From positions 3,348,001 to 3,412,000 of the forward strand of contig CM035362.1 of NCBI GenBank assembly GCA_020137815.1: 64,000 nucleotides of DNA. Direction: 5' to 3'. How positions within the stretch are numbered: position 1 is the first letter of the stretch; every line of letters starts with the position of its first letter. A model generated the notes under the pieces. That model ran no database searches, was not told the DNA's origin, and saw nothing but the letters and a program-made list of their open reading frames with translations. The translations under genes and the position numbers were made by a program. This DNA comes from Hormiphora californensis (Eukaryota > Animalia > Ctenophora). Below are positions 27,086-40,442 of this stretch, piece after piece.

Positions 27086-28766
27086 GACCTACGTTTGTAT
27101 ATATGATCGCAAAAGGCAAGCTTCCCCTCGTCCGACCCGAAGTTGGGAGATTCGTCGAAACAGCAACCTTCAGGCTGTTAAAATATTTTTTGATGCGCGG
27201 CGGCCTGTTTATTATAGTAGGGTCGGTTATGGGAAGTTGGGTCTGGAATTTTAAATTTGACTTTCTGATATGATTAGGGACTCTATAAAAAGTCCAAAGT
27301 ACCATCCCACAGGTCTCTACCACCCCCGGTTCACTAATTAGTCGTAATTATGTGATTTATGACGTTATCGCCAATTAGCACTAATAATGCCAGTTCCTGC
27401 AGTCACTTAGAGCTTAGATTTTGATACCAGCTGATAGAGGATCACTAGATTTTTCCGTTTGGCTGGCGGTTGGCTGGCACCACGTGGGATTAGGGGTTTA
27501 GGTCGTCGTGGGAGGTCGACATTGGTCGCGTTCGATCGGGCTCGATGAGGTGATCAAAAGCTAGTGGGCCAGACCTTGGCCCCACCCCGTTCTTGGCTTA
27601 TTGGGCTTTTTCGGTTTCCCGCCAAAATATTTTCCCGCCATATATATGCTTTATTTTTTTGCCCCTGCACTGCCACTGCCTGAAATTTGCCCCCCCCCCC
27701 CCCCCCCCCGAAAAAAAGACCTACGTTTGTATATATAGGGCCGGCTTTTTGGATTTGGTGCAGGGGCAAATTTTTTTTTCTTTCGTTTTTTCTGTTTTCT
27801 TCGGGTCGGAGGTGCCTGCCGGCACCTAAATAGGGCCGTCACTTTTTGGATTTGGTGCAGGGGCAAAAATTTTTTTCTTCGTTTTTTCTGTTTTCTTCGG
27901 GTCGGAGGTGCCTGCCGGCACCTAAATAAATGTGCAGTACGAGACCATGTTATCCAGCTTGCAAGGAATTCTCGATATGACGTCCGAGGGGGGCGTGGAA
28001 CAATCTTTCAAAATCTTCCAAATTCGGTTTGATGATGATTAGGCAGTTTATCATGCTTAAATTGTAAATTGTGACAGCTCGCCACAAGCATCGTTTCCTT
28101 GATAATTTCTTCTTGGTATACATGTAGCCGCGATACCATGCCATGGTATACTGGCTAAACGTCGCTGATCTGAGTTCCCGAGAATAACCTTGACTGTGGC
28201 GATGACATTTGGGAAGGGGGGGGGGGGTATGGTAGCTCACTATCTGATCAGTGCAGTGTCCTGAAATATTATACCCTCCTTGATCCGATCAGCGCTCGAA
28301 AGTTGGTCGATGCCACTAGAAATGACACCCTAATGCTTCAGAGCATTGGCTTGAAGCGCGAGAACTGATGGTTGCAGCTCTATATAATTCCTTCAATCCT
28401 CCATACAGGTTTAATGGGATAGACAACTGGCAAGAGGGAGTGATTCTGTTGATTACTGTCATATCATTCCTCATAATTGTGGGGATTATAATCAGGATTA
28501 TCAAATGCTTCAAGGTATGAGCTATACAAATGATATCCCAGAATCTCTCCCGATGCGTCGAATCATCGAGCGATGAAGTAGAATTTCTTTATTACAGAAA
28601 ACCACCTTACCAAGTTGCATTGATTACAATCCTGCTCATCTCTTCATTTATAGTGCAGCTGCAGCGACTTTTTGAGTAACAACTCAACAAGCAGCGACTG
28701 CATACAACCTTTAACCAAATCATAGCCATGAATCATATCTTTTAACCAAATCATTTCTCCTATAAG

Positions 28767-31700
28767 TGTGGTGCTGATATTTGTTCTGCGATTTGGAAAC
28801 TATGCTGCTTCTGCTGTCCAAAAAAGAAGAAAAAAGCGAAAAAATCAGAGAGGAGCACTACCCGCCACTCGGTAATTGGTCTCGATCTCGACTCTCCCCA
28901 TCTCACTCTCTCGTCCCCTCTCTCACTTTCTCCTACTCTCTCTTGCTTCTCTCACACTCCAAAGCAAAACCGGGGCTCTCATCTGAGATGAAAATTACAA
29001 AAGAAGGCCCAGAAACAATCAAATGATGAAAATGCGAGATAGTGAGAGAGGGCGGGGCCGAGCAAGAGCAAAAAGAGAAAAGGTCAAGTACCTAAAAAAA
29101 TATAGATGGAAAGAGAGAAAGAGAGAGGCCAGCGAGGGAGGGAGGGTTCTTTTTATACGTACCGTCCCTAAACCCAAGCTTTATGATAAACTAGATGTCC
29201 CATATATGTATAGGGTAAACTGGGGTAATACGGATAACTTTTTATAGGAAAGACGACCAGTTACACGTCACAGAGGTTTTGCTCGACCTGGGGCTGGAGA
29301 CGAGGAAGCTAGCGTGGGGTCAAGCTTCAAACGGGCCGTAAACGCGTCCAGAAGGGTCTCAAGACGATCTTTACGAATAATCAAACAGGTAATTAATGTG
29401 TTTAATTAAGCTTATACATAATCAGTGTTGATAATGATAATTTTGAACTCAAAACAAACACATTTTAATTATAATGATTTTACACAAGTTAGTGAACTGA
29501 TTAATTGAGATAATTAGTTAATTAATTTATAATGAGTTAATTAATTTATAGGAGTGCTTTGAGTGTTATAGTGGGGGTGTCTGTCAAAACTGTGTTTTAC
29601 GAGCAGCCCTTGTCTTGATGCGCTATGAATACGAGGTTACAATAATTAGCACTAATTAGCACTAATTAGCATACTGATTTTTTGGAGAATTACTAATTAG
29701 TATAGCAGCACCAAATCATGGATAGCCATCCCTTTTAGCATAGTAATCCTTTTATTCGATAGCATGTAAATGAAGTCAGCTCAAAAGTTCAAAATTTACA
29801 ATGTAATCCTTTAATTAGACTCTTAATTAGCGTATTAATTTCAGTATGGCAGCCAGAGGTACAGGTTGTTTAAGCAGATGGCGGGAGATTACGATGACTG
29901 TCCGGAAATGCAGTAAGTAATCAGTAATTAGTATAATTGTTAAGCAGCTTTAAGTGATATCTTATTACTAATTAGGTAATTATGACCGCCTAATCATCTG
30001 ATCCTATCCCAGTTACGAGCATTGCCACGAAGGATCTCCTACGATCTCCACCCACAAGAGTCCGTACCACTTTGGTGGGTATTATACTGATTTAATAGAT
30101 ATGATTAAAATTAACAATACATAGGGGGAAATAGTCGTGCCTGACCCTCGATGTTCAGGCCACGGCTATTTTACACTGAGACCTTAGACCTCAAATTTCA
30201 GTTACGGCAATTCTCTTAAAGTAAGAGTGGCGCGCCGTGTTTTCTCACAAAACTTGGTGGATGAACGGGGAGTACCACCAGGACCATTAGTACGGTATCG
30301 AAAATTTCCAATTCTGTCTCGTTCATTAGTTATGACGTATATATGTTCATTATTTCAACTTTCATAAAATTGCTCTACAGAAAAATCTGTTCATTGTGGA
30401 TTGAAATAGATGCTTGCATCGTGTTCAGCGTCAAAAAATAGCCGGGGTACCAAATTTTGGTGTCTCTACCTTGTCTGTGACGCGAGATATCGACAATTAT
30501 CAAAAACGACCAAAAATGGGAGAAAGAGAGTTTGTTATCTTTGGGTGCTAGTTGTTTGTGCGCGCCACCCACTTGTAACAATCTCTCTTTCTCTCACTTT
30601 TGTCGTTTTTGATATTTGTCAATATCTCGCGTCACAGACAAGGTAGAGACACCAAAATTTGGTACCCCGGCTATTTTTTGACGCTGAACACGATGCAAGC
30701 ATCCATTTCAATCCACAATGAACAGATTTTTCTGTAGAGCAATTTTGTGAAAGTTGAAATAATGAACATATTACGTCATAACTAATAAATGAGACGGAAT
30801 TGGAAATTTTCTATACCGTACCAATGGTCCTGGTGGTACTCCCCGTTCATTCACCAAGTTTTGTGAGAAAACATGGCGCGCCACTCTTACTTTAAATCTC
30901 AGGGAATAGCCGCCACTGAAACCTGAGATCTCATTGCATATCTCAGTGGAAAATAGCCGTGGCCTGAACCTGAGGTTCAGGCACGACTTTTCCACCCTGC
31001 ATTGACGCTGCGGTATTTAGTTGTTAGCTAAAACTTTTATAAAAATTGAGTGATTGGTGTCTCGCGTCATTCCACATACTCCTTCATAAAAACTTTCATC
31101 ACATCTTCAGATAAACGAGGCAGCAATGATCTCCGTGATGGATCACCTGCTGGCCGGGCTTTCTCTCCCAACAAATCCACCAGATCTCTTCATCATAAGA
31201 GGCCATTCTCCCCGAACCAGTCTTCCAGACGACCCAAACACTCCAGGTCCACCCGGTCAGGAAGGAGGCCTTTCTCACCAAACGGGTATAACAAGTTCAA
31301 TATGTGGACTCAACATAGTTGATACGTATTACATATGCATTACTACTTACTTTCCAAATTATTATGGCTAATGTAATCGAATGCTAATTCTAGGCGTCAG
31401 TCAGAGCGAACACCAGGGAGAAAAATGAAGGGAGGTGATGAGAAACCCTATCGAGGATCCCTTCCCGAAACCTCGCACAATAATGTCCTCTCGCCTAGGT
31501 ACGATACATGAATGGAATGTCGAGACGATTCTATACTTTTATTTCTTTATTAAATTTCAATGTCAATTTAAAATGCTTATTTTCATTTATTTATTCATTA
31601 ATTAGTGTCTAATTCCTACAGAACAAAAAAGAAGCTGCAGCCGTATAACAGTGCAGCGCCAACACCATCAGTCATGTCACCTCCACGTGGCGGAAGAAGA

Positions 31701-34667
31701 AGGTCCTCTCCTGACCCTTCGACCGATGATGAGGGATCCAGTTGCTCGTCAGGTAGAATTATAATAATAATAATAATAACAGCATTTGTATACACGCTCA
31801 TACCATATAGGTTATAAAAACAAAATAGAAACAAGCGACTGCAGCCTTCTGTGATCAGTTTCAAATAAGTATAGTTTAATTAATGTGTAATTAAGGAGTT
31901 TAATTTTCATTTATCCTACCAGGTGGAGTACGAGTAGGAGCAAACATTCATGTGAATTTAAATCTAAACAGGTCAGTTAACTACAGTCGGACCCCGATTT
32001 AACGGCCCCCGATTTAGCGGCACCCCGATTTAACGGCAGGATAAATTTCCCCCAACAATTTTTTGAAAATTTTTTGAAAATTTTTTGAAAATTTTTTGAA
32101 AATTTTTTGAAAATTTTTTGAAAATTTTTTGAAAATTTTTTGAAAATTTTTTGAAAATTTTTTGAAAATTTTTCAAAGGTGTTTCAACCACGTCCGAATC
32201 GTGTTTCGAATCGGTGCATCTTATTGCATGTCTTACCCGTAATTAGACGGTTCGAAACGAACATGAGGCCCATCGAGTCGCAATTTTGACACTTGTTAAA
32301 CTGGCCCCATGGGGATCACGTATCGGTTCGTTTCGAACCGTCTAATTAGCGACAGGACGTGCGATAAGATGCACTGATTCGAAACACGATTCGGACGTGG
32401 TTGATACATCTTTGAAATTTTTTTTTGGAAAATTTTCAGAGAAAAAGATATTTTGAAATTCGAATTCTTCCTCACCCCGCTTAAAGTGCCCCGATTCGTT
32501 ATGGTATCACGTATCGGTTCGTTTCGAACCGTCTAATTAGTAGCAAGACATGCGATAAGATGCACTGATTCGATATACCATTCGGACGTGGTTGATATAC
32601 CAGCACATGCACGTACCTTAGAAAATTTTTATAACTTTTTTTAAAATTTTTAAAATTATTTTCTTTTTCTAATCAGAAATGATCATGTAATCAATACATG
32701 GACATTGCATTTACTTAGAGGTGTTTTAGTATAGTATTTTGGACAAAAATAGGGTTTTATGGGCCAAATATGCTCTACCCCGATTTAACGGACACCCCGA
32801 TTTAACGGACAAAACCCTTTCCCCCGAGGGTGCCGTTAAATCGGGGTCCGACTGTATATAATATATTGATTTTGAGTTTTGAGTTGAATATATAAATTGG
32901 TCCACTCAGCCACTGAATGTTTGACAAAGATCATAACAATATGCTCATTGCTCTATTATATGCAATAAAATAATTCAAAAGATTGGAAATTATAATTATG
33001 CTATAGTTTGCTAATTAATTCCCGCAGTGAGGGTGAGCTGACAGATCCTGTGGTATTGAAAAGTGTGAAATTTAGTGATGAACTTGTGCCGTGTGAAAAG
33101 CAATTATCGCCATGTGAGACTGTCATAGAGTTCGTGTAGCGCACGTGCAAAACTAGCACGTGCAATGTGAGAAGTAAGTTGCACGTGCAAAACTAGCACG
33201 TGCAATGCGAGAAGTAAGTTGCACATGCAATGTGAGAATTGACTTGCACGAGTAATTGCATGAACGCATGAGTTACACGTATGAGTATTGAATGCATAAG
33301 GTCAATAGCTGACGCTATTGAAGCCAAATTTGACTCCAACTGATCAAGCCTGTGATGAAAAACAAACAACTTAATTGACCAATTACGCTTGATAATTGAA
33401 TCACATTGCATCACTATAGAGACGACAAAAGACAAAGAAGTTCTACAATATCCAGTACAGACCCTCTGGATGTACCCCCGCCTTACCGTTCACCTTCGGT
33501 AAATTGACATTTGTAGTGTGTAGTGTGTACTGACAGCTTGTACTGGATGTACCCCCGCCTTACCGTTCACCCTCGGTAAATTGACATTTGTAGTGTGTAG
33601 TGTGTACTAACAGCTTGTACTGGATGTACCCCCGCCTTACCGTTCACCTTCGGTAAATTGACATTTGTAGTGTGTAGTGTGTACTGACAGCTTGTACTGG
33701 ATGTACCCCCGCCTTACCGTTCACCCTCGGTAAATTGACATTTGTAGTGTGTACTAAATACTAATACAGTCGGACCCCGATTTACCGGGATGCTCGGGGG
33801 AAAGGGTTTTGCCCGGTATATCGGGGTGCCCGGTATATCGGGGTCAAATACCGTTTATTTCCTTTATCGGGGGAATTTTATCCTCCCGGTAAATCGGGGT
33901 TCCGGTAAATCGGGGTCCGACTGTACAGTGTACTAACATTGTAACAGTGACGTGGTAGATTGACATCATGTGTGTTATTTGCCTAGCTAGACTGTGTCTC
34001 GGGTGCCGCGTAAAGGAGGGTTAGAACATAACAATTGTGTGTTATACTAATACAGTGACAAATATTATGTGACAAACCGTGGCATTGTGACAAACTGTAT
34101 ACTAATACTGCTTTCTGTTTAGCTGTTTACTGCAGTGACAAACTATGACATAACTTTCGTTACCTGCTCCAAAATTCTACTTACTCTGCATGTGTAATTA
34201 TGCTTTTGGCATGAACAAATTGTACCTTTTTCCTGAAAATCTAACCCGTGACGTGGTAATTGACGTGGTAATTGACCTATTTTGCATGTGCTACAGGTTT
34301 CTGCTGTTGAGGAAGGCGAACAGTGGGGTGCTGGCATGCGGGACGCTCTGTTGTCTGACCACGGTGACACGTGATCACCATATTTGGGCATGTATGTGTC
34401 ACGTGTTATGGTATGTCCATATATGGTGCGTGTGGAACGTAAGCTGAGCGGCTTGACGTACATGGACACGAAATTTAAACGGTCAATTGTTGTTAGAAAT
34501 GTGTGTTTGGAGTAATTCCATATATTAGTTACCAAAGAACTTTGCAACTATGGTGACACTCATGGTTAACATGGTAACACTCTATATATCATGGTAACCA
34601 TGGTAACTTACTCTCTATAGGTGGAAAGCGTACAGCCAGTCCTTCCAGATACACCCCATGCCACTGA
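28767..34667 (+). CDS. Juxtamembrane and long low-complexity cytoplasmic-tail exons, probably the 3' half of the fusogen gene; two alternative C-termini
   Basis: Phase-consistent exons 28767-28871 (CGADICSAIWKLCCFCCPKKKKKAKK), 29248-29388, 29552-29635 (ECFECYSGGVCQNC), 29845-29912, 30013-30074, 31111-31285, 31394-31498, 31622-31752, 31923-31971. These continue into either 33028-33139 (...CETVIEFV*) or 33420-33498 (...DVPPPYRSPS) + 34297-34363 + 34621-34667 (...RYTPCH*). No ATG-bearing first exon was seen. Linkage to the fusogen is inferred. Confidence 0.8.
30123..30996. mobile_element. MITE family F (GGGGGAAAxAGTCGTGCCTGA termini) split by a TTAA foldback element
   Basis: The two halves match intact or partial copies at ~6945-7044, 8918-9025, 10176-10333, 44293-44402, 56750-56905. 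Confidence 0.8.
30220..30891. mobile_element. Palindromic TTAA-target element (Kolobok-like termini AG...CT)
   Basis: TTAA-AGTAAGAGTGGCGCGCC...GGCGCGCCACTCTTACT-TTAA; arms about 300 bp and near-identical. Confidence 0.9.
31984..32854. mobile_element. Tc1/mariner-type MITE family B (CAGTCGGACCCCGATTTA TIR, TA TSD), longest copy
   Basis: TA-flanked TIRs, an internal (AATTTTTTGAA)n array and internal inverted blocks. Shorter copies at ~4222-4356, 9952-10084, 33767-33923, 51616-~51686, 54484-54541, 58274-58354. Confidence 0.9.
33466..33756 (+). repeat. 77-bp tandem repeat (about 4 copies) spanning the PPPY exon end and its 5' splice site
   Basis: Unit starts at 33466, 33543, 33620, 33697. Confidence 0.95.
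33767..33923. mobile_element. MITE family B short copy
   Basis: TA-CAGTCGGACCCCGATTTACCGG...CCGGTAAATCGGGGTCCGACTG-TA. Confidence 0.9.
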
Positions 34668-34957
34668 TGGAGCACTGCATTTCTTTACTTGACGAATGGA
34701 TGATTTATTCTCGCTACATATAATATATATAATAATAGAAACAGCAAATGTTTTTATGAACGTTTATGTGATTTTTTACTTAGATTTTAATTTCTAAACT
34801 GATTTTGTTGTTGGGTGAGTTTATAGAAAACGGTAGGGGTAGAACATTTATATTTTGTATAACAAATGCTTTTTATGTTTTTAGAACTCTTTCATGCGTG
34901 ACTCATGCTTCAATATAATGTTACAATGCTGCAAAGCGACTTTCGAGGACTAAAATC

Positions 34958-35066
34958 CAGGAATCGACCGAAATAAGTAAACAGCCAATCAGAACTCGTT
35001 ATTTAGGTCACGTGACTGGTTATCAGCCAATCAGGGACCAGTATTTCCTGATTCGGTCGGTTCCTG
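34958..35066. mobile_element. hAT-like MITE family D, inverted copy
   Basis: TSD CTAAAATC on both sides. Confidence 0.9.
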
Positions 35067-35240
35067 CTAAAATCCCATGGGTTTTTACCTGGGAGATAAA
35101 TCGGGGATCCGTAATCTGCTTGTTGAGTTACTCAACAAGTTCTCCGGGGGATCTCCCTTATCCATCCTTTTGATCGGGGCCCCAATTAGCGGGTGTGGGT
35201 AGTATATTTCATCTCCTTGCCCTTTCTTCTTGTGTCCATC

Positions 35241-36731
<1,491 letters not shown>

Positions 36732-37266
36732 GTCCATCCCTTTCTGTGTGATCTCTATGAGCCATCTCTCTCCATCTCTCCCCCCTCTCTCTCTCTCTCT
36801 CTTAGGGCGGGTTTTTGGCCTAAGGGTCTAATGCCGGTACAGTGAAACTCGACTCGAGTTTCACCAGGTACATCATTCTAATCTGATCAGAACAGCGAAA
36901 TATTAGAGCGGGAGAGATCAGTGAAACTCGAGTCGACCATTATGATAATACCTATAGACCTTTAGCTACCACGTACAAGTGATGGTTTCTGTTAGAGTTG
37001 TGGTCTTTGTATCCGGACTCTATTGTTCGTTTCTGTTAGGTACTGTTCTGTACTTACTTCTGTGTGCGTTCACTGTATAGTAGTTCTTCCGTCTGTATGC
37101 TGTGCATATACAAAATATATATATAAGATCCGAGACTCCCATCAGGTCGGAGGGCCCCGAATCACCTGAATCAGCTTTACCCACCTCCCGTCCTCTGGTT
37201 ACCCTAACCTCGCTGTCCGGAGTAAGGTGCACTTGTCAGTAGATCTCTCTTTCACACCATGCTTAA

Positions 37267-38569
37267 GGGTACACTTGGCGTTTTTCATCATCGAGTGCCC
37301 AACCAAATGACTTCACCAGGGTTTAGGTCATACAAAATGGACCTCAAATATGCAATTTTAGCCCTAAAGTCGAATTCATATTTTTGCTACAGCCTATTTT
37401 CAAAGTGGCGTTTTTTCAATTTTTGTTGGAATTTTTAACCTCAGGACCACTTTTTTTGAGATAGAAACATTAAATTCTTGGAATTTGAAGAGAATATAAA
37501 GGTGAATAAGCCCAAAGAAGGATTTTTGAAATGGAGCTTATTTCTGGCCATGAGAAGGGTTTAATTTTTTGCTTCTTTGACACGCTGGCTGAGAATGTTC
37601 CCATGCTTCATTAGAGATGAAAATCTGGAAATAGTTGCTCAAAACGATTATCTATGTGGCCCAAAAATTTTGGAACTTTCCCACCAAAGATGTGGTGTAC
37701 AGAGCTTGTTTTGTGAAACCCGTCTTTTTGAAAAAGAGAGGAATTCCCTCTATCTCCAAAACGGATGATCGTAGAGACCTAGGACTAAGCTTAATCGATT
37801 CAGAAGGTCCGATTTTGGGGGGGTCTTCTGAGAGACATTTTGCTCCTACTCCAACCGTTTTTGCTGTAATTGCAAAAAACCAATTCTATGAAAAGGGGGA
37901 ACAACTCTATTCCAGTAGCCTGCTTCGGGCTGATTTCCCCCTTACTTGCTGATACCATTTTCGCAATTACAGCAAAAACGGTTGGAGTAGGAGCAAAATG
38001 TCTCTCAGAAGACCCCCCCAAAATCGGACCTTCTGAATCGATTAAGCTTGGTCCTAGGTCTCTACGATCATCCGTTTTGGAGATAGAGGGAATTCCTCTC
38101 TTTTTCAAAAAGACGGGTTTCACAAAACAAGCTCTGTACACCACATCTTTGGCGGGAAAGTTCCAAAATTTTTGGGCCACATAGATAATCGTTTTGAGCA
38201 ACTATTTCCAGATTTTCATCTCTAATGAAGCATGGGAACATTCTCAGCCAGCGTGTCAAAGAAGCAAAAAAGTAAACCCTTCTCATGGCCAGAAATAAGC
38301 TCCATTTCAAAAATCCTTCTTTGGGCTTATTCACCTTTATATTCTCTTCAAATTCCAAGAATTTAATGTTTCTATCTTAAAAAAAGTGGTCCTGAGGTTA
38401 AAAATTCCAACAAAAATTGAAAAAACGCCACTTTGAAAATAGGCTGTAGCAAAAATATGAATTCGACTTTAGGGCTAAAATTGCATATTTGAGGTCCATT
38501 TTGTATGACCTAAACCCTGGTGAAGTCATTTGGTTGGGCACTCCTTGATGAAAAACGCCAGGTGTACCC
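37267..38569. mobile_element. 1.3-kb palindromic TTAA-target element (Kolobok-like termini GG...CC)
   Basis: TTAA-GGGTACAC...GTGTACCC-TTAA; arms about 610 bp and nearly perfect (mirror ORFs in the track). Confidence 0.92.
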
Positions 38570-39128
38570 TTAATTAGGGCGTGAAAAACCATCTCACACG
38601 GAGTTTGTGCGGCTGTGTGTCAGTATTTTTCTTCCCGTGGAACCGAAGTGCTCACTTTCAAAGTGCAGATCCTTTTGCGGAGTTCTGCCCATGGAACTAG
38701 GGGGTTATGTCCATCCCATTCTGTGTGATCTCTATAAGCCATCTCTCTCCATGGTTTGGTAATTGGTAGTACTACGGTATAGCCACTGAGCAGCAAGCTA
38801 CTGTCGGCACCGTTATAATAATAATAGGTAATAATATCTCTCTCCATCTCTCCCCTCTCTCTCTTAGGGCGGGTTTTTGGGCTAAGGGTCTAATGCCGGT
38901 ACAGTGAAACTCGACTCGAGTTTCACCAGGCACATCGTTTTGATCTGATCAGAACAGCGAAATATTAGAGCGGGAGAGATCAGTGAAACTCGAGTCGACC
39001 ATTATGATAATACCTATAGACCTTTAGCTACCACGTACAAGTTATGGTTTCTGTTAGAGTTGTGGTCTTTGTATCCGGACTCTATTGTTCGTTTCTGTTA
39101 GGTACTGTTCTGTACTTACTTCTGTGTA

Positions 39129-40200
39129 GGGGAGACTTGGCCAATATGGGACGTGTGCCCAAATGGGATCTTGGGCTGTACGTAAGATAATAAGGTTCAG
39201 ACACAAACTGAACACTACAATACGATCCTCTTTGTTCAAGGATCATTTTCCATTGATTATTATCATTTTCTGACAATTAGATGGTGTCGTGTGTAAGTGG
39301 TTTCCCACAGAATTATCTAAGTCGAAAATTTGATCCTGTGTTAAGCTCAATTACACAGCTCTCTTGGTAGATTGTTACCAGTTTTTGGGCGGAAATATTA
39401 GCCAGTATAATTTTCTTGCACCCTTAAATATTTTTAACCTTTCTCAAATTACATTGTTTGTTAAATAGTTGATATAGTTAAGTTGATCAGTTTGGGTTAT
39501 ATGGGACATTTACACCTTGTCCAAAATGGGATATCCCATTTTACCAAATTTGGGCCAAATTTGCTAAAATGGGATATCCCATTTTACCAAAGTTTGCTAT
39601 CCCGTTTGACCTAAGATCTAAGTATCTATATTGATTACCATAGCAACTGCTTGGGATCGTTTTGTTACCATAGCAACCACCTAGGAAACCATGGCAAGTT
39701 ACATTGCATCAGCCGAAAAATGTTTGATAGCACAAAATTCATCAAAAAACCAAGTTTTGAAGCATAGACATCAATAATACATCCATTTTCGGCCGGGAAA
39801 CAAAACGTCATTTGTGCATAACACAAATAATTAATGTTTAAACAATATTTCTATACTTATTTCCAATTAATAACCCCGTGCTTGGCATATAATTAAAGTT
39901 CTTCCCAAACTAAAGTGGTTTTGGCAAAATGGGACACGCAACTTCGGTTAAATGGGATATCCCGTTTGACCCAAAAAGGTATGTCCCGTTTCGCCAAAAT
40001 TTTTAGCCACTGCATAAATTTTATACCAAATGGGATAGTATCGTTGCTCATCTTTGGGTGTAGGTAGGAAGATATATTTCAAGGAAATGATAAATCTAAC
40101 AATGAAAAATGCAACCAAATAAAAATGAAGGGGGAAGACCCAGTAGAAATGGAGATATATGGGGAAAAAGGATGGTATACCGTTATGGCCAAGTCTCCCC
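39129..40200. mobile_element. 1.07-kb TA-flanked TIR element (GGGGAGACTTGGCCA termini)
   Basis: 15-bp TIR, TA on both sides, internal AAATGGGATATCCC repeats. Confidence 0.85.
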
Positions 40201-40313
40201 TATATAGGGGGGGTTCGCGCCAGGTGTCTATGTCACCACGTACAAGTGATGGTTTCTGTTAGAGTTTCACCGCCGTGTGGTCTTTGTATCCGGACTTTGT
40301 ATCCGCGGACTCT

Positions 40314-40442
40314 AGTGAAAGCGAAACAACAACGAACTGGCTGCGCGTCGCGCATTCGTTGCGCATAACGATCTCACCGGAGAGATTCACATGCGCAACG
40401 TTGCGGAACACGCAGCCAGTTAGTTGTTGTTTCGCTTACACT
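40314..40442. repeat. Short foldback inserted in a dispersed repeat
   Basis: AAGCGAAACAACAAC...GTTGTTGTTTCGCTT; absent from sibling copies at ~37020 and ~39082. Confidence 0.75.

Larger units (their letters stand above)
23479..27736. repeat. Two tandem copies of a ~640-bp unit; copy 1 is expanded by insertions
   Basis: 23479-23680 + 25138-25469 + 26107-26145 match 27097-27680. A GGGGCA-rich subrepeat block (26146-27040) occurs only in copy 1. Confidence 0.85.

Noticed and set aside
33466-33756. CRISPR-like periodic repeat
   Set aside because: Units are identical throughout; it is a tandem duplication of an exon/intron border.
37577-38358. Paired ORFs on opposite strands (also 25426-26102, 55093-55546)
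   Set aside because: Mirror translations of palindrome arms; no recognisable protein motifs.
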